This document shows positions 24,173 to 29,282 of a stretch of 29,282 bases of DNA, one piece after another (positions within the stretch are counted from its first letter, which is position 1; each line of letters opens with the position of its first letter). The DNA lies in contig CAYJVY010000003.1 in assembly GCA_964373795.1 (NCBI GenBank), positions 1 through 29,282 on the forward strand, written 5' to 3'. Under the pieces are notes generated by a model that saw nothing but the letters and a program-made list of their open reading frames with translations, did not search any database and had not been told where the DNA came from. Origin of the DNA: an uncultured archaeon. GTDB taxonomy: Archaea; Iainarchaeota; Iainarchaeia; Iainarchaeales; DATDZZ01. A program made the translations under genes and the position numbers.

Positions 24173-24700
24173 TTGAGTTTAACTGTATTTGGCCCTACAA
24201 TTGACATTGCCTTGGTTGCAACAATTTTAGCAATTGTGCTTCAAGTATTTCAAAGAGTTTTTGTTAATCAAAAAAAATTAAAACTACATCAAGAGGAGAT
24301 GAAAAAAAAGCAGAAAAGAATAAGTGAATTAACTGCAAAAAACAATCAGCAATCAAAACAAGAACAAGACAGATTGCAAGAAGAAGTAATGCAACACTTT
24401 AATGAAATAATGCCTGAAATGTTCAAGCAATTAATTTTTTCATTCATAGTTGTATTGCCTGTATGGCAGTTCTTGCAAGGAAATTACATTGATACAATAA
24501 TTTCATTGCCAATTCCGATTCCGTTTTTTTCAGCATTTGATTTTTTTAATCCCATTAGTTGGATTTCATTCAAGTTATTTGAATCAACTAATTGGATTGG
24601 ATGGTATATTTTAGTGTCAATTATTGTTGGAATAATTTTAAGCATTGTCTTACATGGATATGAAAAAATAAAGGAAGGTTCATATAATGTCCAAGCCTAG
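24173..24700 (+). CDS. DUF106/EMC3-like membrane protein (archaeal YidC/Oxa1-like insertase family; MJ0480-type)
   Basis: It has TM1, then a charged coiled-coil (KKLKLHQEEMKKKQKRISEL...), then further TM helices. This family sits next to secY/adk in archaeal superoperons. The TTG start is preceded by GAGGAGG. Confidence 0.6.
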   Translation: MSLTVFGPTIDIALVATILAIVLQVFQRVFVNQKKLKLHQEEMKKKQKRISELTAKNNQQSKQEQDRLQEEVMQHFNEIMPEMFKQLIFSFIVVLPVWQFLQGNYIDTIISLPIPIPFFSAFDFFNPISWISFKLFESTNWIGWYILVSIIVGIILSIVLHGYEKIKEGSYNVQA

Positions 24701-25031
24701 TCAAAGAACTTCATCTAAAGCAAAAAAATTTAAACGCGGGCAAAAGAATTTAAGTATTCATTTCACTGCAAAAAAAACTTCCAAGCATTCTTGTAGTTTG
24801 TGTGGAAGAGTAATGCATGGAATGCCTCATGGAAAAATTTCAAGTGAAGTAAGAAAATTAAGTAAAACAGAGAAACGCCCTGAAGCATTGCTTGCAGGAC
24901 AAGTATGCAATTCTTGTAGAAGTGTAATAGTTGAAGAAGCAATTAAAGTAAAAGAAAACTTGAAATCCTTGCAACAAGTGAATTTAGGTTTAACATCCTG
25001 GGTTTCAAAAGTAATGAATAAAATGGAGTAA
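24687..25031 (+). CDS. rpl34e: 50S ribosomal protein eL34
   Basis: The Zn-ribbon pattern is KHSCSLCGRVMHGMP...KTEKRPEALLAGQVCNSCR, and synteny agrees. Confidence 0.88.
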   Translation: MSKPSQRTSSKAKKFKRGQKNLSIHFTAKKTSKHSCSLCGRVMHGMPHGKISSEVRKLSKTEKRPEALLAGQVCNSCRSVIVEEAIKVKENLKSLQQVNLGLTSWVSKVMNKME

Positions 25032-25044
25032 AAGGTGAACTTAA

Positions 25045-25263
25045 TTGGCTGTACTGGAAATTGGAAGAATTTGCATTAAAAAAACAGGTAGATCTGCTGG
25101 AAAAAGAGTAGTAATAGTTGACTTTGAAAAAAATTTTCCAATAGTGGATGGCCTTAAAATTAAGAGAAAAAAATGTAATTCAATGCATTTATTTCCAACT
25201 GACAAAAAACTGGATTTAAGTAAAGGAGCTTCTCATGAAGAAGTTTTAAAATTATTAAAGTGA
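25045..25263 (+). CDS. rpl14e: 50S ribosomal protein eL14 (TTG start)
   Basis: The KOW-like sequence is LEIGRICIKKTGRSAGKRVVIVD. AGGTGA lies upstream of the TTG, and synteny agrees. Confidence 0.85.
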   Translation: MAVLEIGRICIKKTGRSAGKRVVIVDFEKNFPIVDGLKIKRKKCNSMHLFPTDKKLDLSKGASHEEVLKLLK

Positions 25264-25268
25264 TTTAA

Positions 25269-25799
25269 TTGGCTGAAGAAGTAAAAAAACTTGAAAAAAA
25301 AGAAGCAAAAGGAAAAGAAAACTTTAGATACATTGTTAGAATTGTAAATAAAGATTTAGATGGAAACATTTCTATTTACAGAGCTTTAATGGGTTTAAAA
25401 GGAGTTGGGCATAGATTTTCTCACATTGTTTCACAAGTATTTGAAAATGAAACAGGAATTAGTTCTTCAACTAGCTTAGGAGACATGCCTGAAGAAATGG
25501 ATAAAAAATTAGAAGAAATAGTTTTAAATCCTGAAAAGCACGGAGTTCCGCAATGGGTTTTTAATAGAAGAAAAGATTTTGATTCAGGGAAAACAGTTCA
25601 CTTGTTAATGAATGACCTTGATTTTAGTTATAGACAAGATTTTCAAAGATTAATGCAAATAAAGTCTTACAGAGGTTTAAGACATTCATGGGGTTTGCCT
25701 ACTAGAGGACAAAAAACCAAGTCAAGTTTCAGAAAAAGAGGAGCAGTAGTTGGAGTAATGAAAAAAGAATTAAAGCCAGCTGCAGCAGCAAAGAAATAA
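25269..25799 (+). CDS. rps13: 30S ribosomal protein uS13 (TTG start)
   Basis: FRYIVRIVNKDLDGNISIYRALMGLKGVG is typical of S13. The start context is GTGATTTAATTGG. Confidence 0.93.
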   Translation: MAEEVKKLEKKEAKGKENFRYIVRIVNKDLDGNISIYRALMGLKGVGHRFSHIVSQVFENETGISSSTSLGDMPEEMDKKLEEIVLNPEKHGVPQWVFNRRKDFDSGKTVHLLMNDLDFSYRQDFQRLMQIKSYRGLRHSWGLPTRGQKTKSSFRKRGAVVGVMKKELKPAAAAKK

Positions 25800-25811
25800 T
25801 GAGGAGATTTA

Positions 25812-26444
25812 ATGGGCGATCCAAGAAAAGCAAAGAAAAAATTTGAAAGACCTAGAAAAACTTGGGATAAAAAAAGAATTGAAGAAGAAACCAAGTTAAA
25901 AGAATTATATGGTTTGAAAAATAATAGAGAGATTTGGAGAGCTAAAAGCTTTTTAAGAAATAAGAGAAGAATTGCTAGAACTCTTTTAGCAAAAAATTTA
26001 GAGGAAAGACTTAAAAGAGCAAAAGAAGTACTAGACAATTTAATGAATTTAAATTTGTTAAGAGAAAAAGCTGTATTAGAAGACGTGTTTACTTTGGGAG
26101 TGAATGATTTATTGGAGAGAAGACTTCAAACAATTGTTTGGAGGCAAAATCTTTCAAACACTGTAAAACAAGCAAGGCAATTCATTGTTCACGGACACAT
26201 AGCTGTTAACGGGAAAAAAGTTACTATTCCAGGATTTATTGTTCCAAAAGAATTTGAGTCAAGCATTTCTTATTACGGAAAACCGCTTGAATTAGAGATA
26301 AAGGCTTCAAAAAGCAAAGCAGTTAGTTCAGAGGAAAAAGATTTAGCTAAAAAAGAATTAGAAAAAGAATTTGAAGAAGTAAAAGAAGCAGCTGAAAAAA
26401 TGGAAGCAGAAGAATTAAGTGAAAAAGAGGGTTTGAATGAGTAA
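25812..26444 (+). CDS. rps4: 30S ribosomal protein uS4 with an acidic C-terminal extension
   Basis: MGDPRKAKKKFERPRKTWDK and the S4 domain FIVHGHIAVNGKKVTIPGFIV are present. Confidence 0.94.
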   Translation: MGDPRKAKKKFERPRKTWDKKRIEEETKLKELYGLKNNREIWRAKSFLRNKRRIARTLLAKNLEERLKRAKEVLDNLMNLNLLREKAVLEDVFTLGVNDLLERRLQTIVWRQNLSNTVKQARQFIVHGHIAVNGKKVTIPGFIVPKEFESSISYYGKPLELEIKASKSKAVSSEEKDLAKKELEKEFEEVKEAAEKMEAEELSEKEGLNE

Positions 26445-26820
26445 AGTTGGAACAATTCATATTTTTGCTTCGCATAATAATACTATTATGTTGTTAACAG
26501 ATATTACTGGAGCTGAAACAATTGCTAAAAGTTCTGGAGGACAAGTAGTAAAAGCTCAACACAAAGAAGGAACTCCTTATGCTGCAATGAAGGTTGCAGA
26601 AATTGTTGCAGCAAAAGCAAAAGAAAAAGATATTTACGAAGTTCATGTAAGAGTAAGAGCTTTAGGAGGAATTCGTTCTAGAATGCCTGGACAAGGAGCT
26701 GAAGCAGCAATTAGAATGCTTACAAGAGCTGGATTAAGAATTAAATCAATTGAAAACGTAACTCCTCTTCCACACGACGGTTGTAGGAAAAAGAAAAAAC
26801 ATAGAGGAAAAAAAAGTTAA
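26437..26820 (+). CDS. rps11: 30S ribosomal protein uS11
   Basis: GTIHIFASHNNTIMLLTDITGAETIAKSSGG is typical of S11. Confidence 0.95.
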   Translation: MSKVGTIHIFASHNNTIMLLTDITGAETIAKSSGGQVVKAQHKEGTPYAAMKVAEIVAAKAKEKDIYEVHVRVRALGGIRSRMPGQGAEAAIRMLTRAGLRIKSIENVTPLPHDGCRKKKKHRGKKS

Positions 26821-26844
26821 CTCTTTTAATGGAGAGTGAATTTA

Positions 26845-27597
26845 ATGGAAATAAAGGAATTAGAAAAAAATGAAAGAAAAAGTAAATTATTAATTAAAGG
26901 AGCAGATGTTGCATTAATTAATAGTATTAGACGAGCTTCAATGAATTATGTTCCAGTGTTTGCAGTTGAAGATGTATCAATTTATGAAAATTCTAGTGTA
27001 ATGTTTGACGAGTTTTTAGCTCATAGGCTTGGTTTATTGCCAATTAAATCTGATGTAAAAGGTTATGCTGAAAACGATAAAGTAAAATTTGTTTTAGAAA
27101 AAGAAGGCCCTGCAACTGTTTACTCTAAAGACATTAAATGTACTGACCCAAAAATTGAAGTAGTTGATAAAAAAATTCCTTTAGTTAAATTAAAAAAAGA
27201 TCAAAAAATTAAATTAGAAATGGATGCAATAATGTCTATTGGAAAAAATAATTCAAAGTTTCAACCAATAATAATTGGATATCAAAACCTGCCAGTATTA
27301 AATTACTTGGATGACATGAAAGAATCAGAATTAAATGAAGTAATTAAATGCTGTCCTCAAAGCCTGGAAATTAAGGCAAAAAAACTTGTATTAAAAAATC
27401 AATTGGATTGCGTTTTATGCCATAAATGCTTGGAAAGAATTAAAGGAAAAATCAGATTGGAATTTGATGAAAATTCATTTTTATTTAACCTTGAATCTCA
27501 TGGAAATTATTCTTGCAAAGATGTATTAGTTTTAGCATCTAAAGCACTGGAAAACAAGACAGAGGAATTTAAATCATTATTAAAAGAGGCACTATAA
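26845..27597 (+). CDS. rpoD: DNA-directed RNA polymerase subunit D (Rpo3)
   Basis: LIKGADVALINSIRRASMNYVPVFAVEDVSIYENSSVMFDEFLAHRLGLLPI is typical of RpoD. A Cys-x19-Cys-x2-Cys-x2-Cys motif lies at 27349-27429. I prefer the ATG at 26845 to the GTG at 26836. Confidence 0.92.
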   Translation: MEIKELEKNERKSKLLIKGADVALINSIRRASMNYVPVFAVEDVSIYENSSVMFDEFLAHRLGLLPIKSDVKGYAENDKVKFVLEKEGPATVYSKDIKCTDPKIEVVDKKIPLVKLKKDQKIKLEMDAIMSIGKNNSKFQPIIIGYQNLPVLNYLDDMKESELNEVIKCCPQSLEIKAKKLVLKNQLDCVLCHKCLERIKGKIRLEFDENSFLFNLESHGNYSCKDVLVLASKALENKTEEFKSLLKEAL

Positions 27598-27632
27598 GAC
27601 TTTTGTTCTTCACTGCCTCCAAATAAAGTAAA

Positions 27633-27716
27633 GGAGGGGTGCCCGAGCGGTCTAAGGGGCAGGACTTAAGATCCTGTGACTAAGTGTCTTCAAGGGTTCA
27701 AATCCCTTCTCCTCCA
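27633..27716 (+). tRNA. tRNA-Leu (anticodon UAA), no intron, CCA not encoded
   Basis: Hand folding gives:
- acceptor stem GGAGGGG/CTCCTCC with one G-U pair;
- anticodon stem CAGGA/TCCTG with loop CTTAAGA;
- a long variable arm (GAC-TAAGT-GTC);
- T arm AAGGG-TTCAAAT-CCCTT;
- discriminator A. Confidence 0.9.
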
Positions 27717-27722
27717 TTCGTG

Positions 27723-27765
27723 CAAGGTTCAGCCCTTGAAGCTGAGTAGGATGCTAAAGCATCCT
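27723..27765 (+). other. Two hairpins in the tRNA-Leu trailer / rpl18e leader
   Basis: The first is CAAGG-TTCAGC-CCTTG (27723-27738), with an alternative fold TCAGC-CCTTGAA-GCTGA (27729-27745). The second is AGGATGC-TAAA-GCATCCT (27748-27765, 7-bp stem). Confidence 0.6.
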
Positions 27766-27777
27766 GACATTTGAAAA

Positions 27778-27805
27778 GTGGCATTTAAAAAGTGGCATTT
27801 AAAAA
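27778..27805. repeat. Two perfect tandem 14-bp copies upstream of rpl18e, followed by a diverged third copy carrying the functional SD
   Basis: The perfect copies are GTGGCATTTAAAAA (27778-27791) and GTGGCATTTAAAAA (27792-27805). GTGATAAAATG follows from 27806, with the ATG at 27814. Confidence 0.9.
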
Positions 27806-27813
27806 GTGATAAA

Positions 27814-28182
27814 ATGAGTAAAAAAATTTTAAAGAAAAGTTCTACAAAAAAATTAATTGCTGAACTAGAACAGCATTACTCTAAAACTCAGAAAAAGATT
27901 TTTAGAGCTATTGCAAGAGAATTAAGTAAACCTTCAAGAAACTTGCATGCAGTGAATTTAAGAAAACTTAATTCCTTGAATGAAAAATTTAAAGGAAAAA
28001 CATTTGTTGTTCCAGGAAAAGTTTTATCTTCAGGAGAATTAAATGGAAAAGTAAGAGTAGCAGCTTTAGGTTTCAGTGAAACAGCAAAGCAAAAAATAAA
28101 TGAATTAAAAGGAGAAGCTTTAAGTTTAAATGATTTAATTCAAGAAAAAATTAATGTAAGTGAATTAGTTATAGTGAAGTGA
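27814..28182 (+). CDS. rpl18e: 50S ribosomal protein eL18
   Basis: VNLRKLN...FVVPGKVLSSGELNGKVRVAALGFSETAKQKI matches the L18e pattern. The ATG at 27814 is preceded by GTGAT, and the track's upstream GTG at 27778 lies inside the tandem repeat. Confidence 0.88.
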   Translation: MSKKILKKSSTKKLIAELEQHYSKTQKKIFRAIARELSKPSRNLHAVNLRKLNSLNEKFKGKTFVVPGKVLSSGELNGKVRVAALGFSETAKQKINELKGEALSLNDLIQEKINVSELVIVK

Positions 28183-28186
28183 TTTC

Positions 28187-28609
28187 ATGAAAGTAATTGA
28201 TGGAAGTAATTTAATTTTAGGAAGACTGGCTTCACATGTTGCTCAAGAATTACTTAAAGGCAAACAAATTTCAATAGTGAATGCAGAAAAAATTGTGATC
28301 ACTGGAAGAGGAAGAGCTTCTTATGACAGGTTTAAAGCTAGAAGAGAATTAACTGTTAAAGGAAATCCTCATAGAGGCCCAAAATTTCCAAGACATCCAG
28401 ACAAACTTGTAAGAATGTCTGTAAGAGGAATGCTTCCATTTAAAACTCCAAGAGGAAAACAAGCTTTCAAAAATTTAAAGGTTTTCATTGGAGTTCCAAT
28501 AGAATTAAGTTCTTTAAAGCCTGAAACAGTTCCAGAAGCTGAAAACAAGTTAACTGAAAGATTCATTAATTTAGAAAGACTAAGCAAAGCCTTAGGAGCA
28601 AGATGGTGA
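28187..28609 (+). CDS. rpl13: 50S ribosomal protein uL13
   Basis: KVIDGSNLILGRLASHVAQELLKGKQISIVNAEKIVITG is typical of L13. Confidence 0.95.
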   Translation: MKVIDGSNLILGRLASHVAQELLKGKQISIVNAEKIVITGRGRASYDRFKARRELTVKGNPHRGPKFPRHPDKLVRMSVRGMLPFKTPRGKQAFKNLKVFIGVPIELSSLKPETVPEAENKLTERFINLERLSKALGARW

Positions 28610-28614
28610 TTTAA

Positions 28615-29133
28615 TTGGTTGAAGAAGTTAAAACAGAAACCGATCCTTCAGTAGAAGAACCTTTAGTTAAAGAAGAATCAACAGTAGAAGCAGTGGATGA
28701 AAAAAAAGGAAAAAAGAAAAGAAAAAGCAAAACAAAAAGAGTGTTTGCTAAAGCAAAGAAAAAAACTGCTTCAGCTAGGGCTAGAATTAAAAAAGGAAAA
28801 GGAAGAATCACAATAAACAAGTTACACATTAATTTAGTTAAACCAAGATATTTATTAGAATACCTTAGAGAGCCTCTTGAATTACTTGACAACTCAATTC
28901 TTTCAGAAATAGATATTGATGTTGATGTAAGAGGAGGAGGAGTAATGGGGCAAGCAGTGGCTGCTAGAAGTGCAATTGCAAAAGTCATTGTTGAATACAC
29001 TAACGATAAAAAAATAAAAGATGCGTACATGGATTATGATAGAATGCTTTTGGTTGATGACTTTAGAAGAAAAGAACCAAAAAAACCCTTAGGAAGAGGA
29101 GCTAGAAAGAAAAGACAATTATCTTTTAGGTGA
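28615..29133 (+). CDS. rps9: 30S ribosomal protein uS9 (TTG start) with an acidic/basic N-terminal extension
   Basis: KKTASARARIKKGKGRITIN and GGGVMGQAVAARSAIAKVIV are typical of S9. The start context is GTGATTTAATTGG. Confidence 0.92.
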   Translation: MVEEVKTETDPSVEEPLVKEESTVEAVDEKKGKKKRKSKTKRVFAKAKKKTASARARIKKGKGRITINKLHINLVKPRYLLEYLREPLELLDNSILSEIDIDVDVRGGGVMGQAVAARSAIAKVIVEYTNDKKIKDAYMDYDRMLLVDDFRRKEPKKPLGRGARKKRQLSFR

Positions 29134-29139
29134 TGAAAT

Positions 29140-29282
29140 ATGATGGTTCCAATTAAATGTTTTTCTTGTGGAAAAGTTGTAAGTCAAGTATATGAAGAAT
29201 TTGTTCAAAGAGTTTCAAAAGGAGAAAAAGCTGGAGCTGTTTTAACAGATTTAGGAATTGAAAGATATTGCTGTAGAAGAAC
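29140..29282 (+). CDS. rpoN: DNA-directed RNA polymerase subunit N (Rpo10), 3'-partial
   Basis: My own translation gives MMVPIKCFSCGKVVSQVYEEFVQRVSKGEKAGAVLTDLGIERYCCRR... It has the CxxC and YCCRR signature and the canonical position after rps9, and it runs off the window end. Confidence 0.9.
   Translation, partial: MMVPIKCFSCGKVVSQVYEEFVQRVSKGEKAGAVLTDLGIERYCCRR

Noticed and set aside
27633-27716. A tRNA gene embedded between rpoD and rpl18e, considered as an anomaly.
   Set aside because: My (unverified) recollection is that a tRNA at this junction occurs in other archaeal alpha-like clusters. The tRNA itself is canonical.
27717-27765. T-arm-like and anticodon-arm-like hairpins after tRNA-Leu, considered as a split, permuted or second tRNA gene on either strand.
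   Set aside because: No matching acceptor strands exist and the loop sizes (6 and 4 nt) are non-canonical. On the minus strand, the TCAGC-TTCAAGG-GCTGA arm has no complementary 5' acceptor sequence nearby. I kept the region only as a structured spacer.
914-29030. All minus-strand ORFs in the track: 914..1138, 1487..1678, 5003..5194, 6137..6328, 11379..11588, 14591..14845, 17496..17723, 17836..18087, 17970..18179, 19187..19492, 20528..20734, 22305..22496, 25667..26038, 26273..26455, 28369..28587 and 28611..29030.
   Set aside because: Each lies entirely antisense to a well-supported plus-strand gene. Their products are Phe/Ser/Leu-rich low-complexity strings, the mirror image of Lys/Glu-rich AAA/GAA coding. 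None has a recognisable motif or RBS.
29124-29142. GTGATGA upstream of rpoN, which resembles a C/D-box sRNA C box.
   Set aside because: It is the standard GGTGAT Shine-Dalgarno plus spacer for rpoN. No D box or guide arrangement follows within a plausible distance.

Overview
This is an AT-rich archaeal chromosome fragment, roughly 30% GC judged by eye. Every credible gene is on the + strand.

- **Left end:** a 5'-truncated rtcB (tRNA-splicing ligase) is interrupted by a 504-aa intein at 270..1781, sitting exactly at the active-site Cys.
- **Accessory stretch (about 7 kb, 2937..9806):** it holds a stand-alone Rieske [2Fe-2S] protein and a vapBC (AbrB/PIN) toxin-antitoxin pair. It also holds a small lipobox protein, two large surface proteins (850 aa secreted; about 719 aa C-terminally anchored), and a DUF4258/DUF2283-type pair whose toxin looks C-terminally truncated.
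- **Ribosomal cluster (10010 to the right end):** the archaeal S10/spc-like cluster runs rpl3, rpl4, rpl23, rpl2, rps19, rpl22, rps3, rpl29, SUI1, RNase P Rpp29, rps17, rpl14, rpl24, rps4e, rpl5, rps14, rps8, rpl6, rpl32e, rpl19e, rpl18, rps5, rpl30, rpl15, secY. A DUF106/YidC-like membrane protein, rpl34e and rpl14e follow. These are fused directly to the alpha-like cluster: rps13, rps4, rps11, rpoD, tRNA-Leu(UAA), rpl18e, rpl13, rps9 and a partial rpoN.
- **Gaps in the ORF track and gene content:** uS14 (18217..18357, GTG start) is missing from the ORF track because it is under 60 aa. adk and cmk, which normally flank this region in archaea, are absent.
- **Likely source:** the compact spacing, Lys/Glu-rich ribosomal-protein extensions and missing nucleotide kinases suggest a reduced-genome (DPANN-like) archaeon. 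This is inference, not a database result.

I found no CRISPR array and no recognisable multi-gene defence operon. The observations most worth follow-up are:
- the rtcB intein;
- the lipoprotein plus two-surface-protein cluster bracketed by toxin-antitoxin modules;
- the structured rpl3 leader, with a duplicated start codon and an overlapping uORF;
- recurrent 10-14 bp tandem duplications of the ribosome-binding/start region at four operon-proximal genes.

All antisense ORFs in the track look like artefacts of the purine-rich coding strand.
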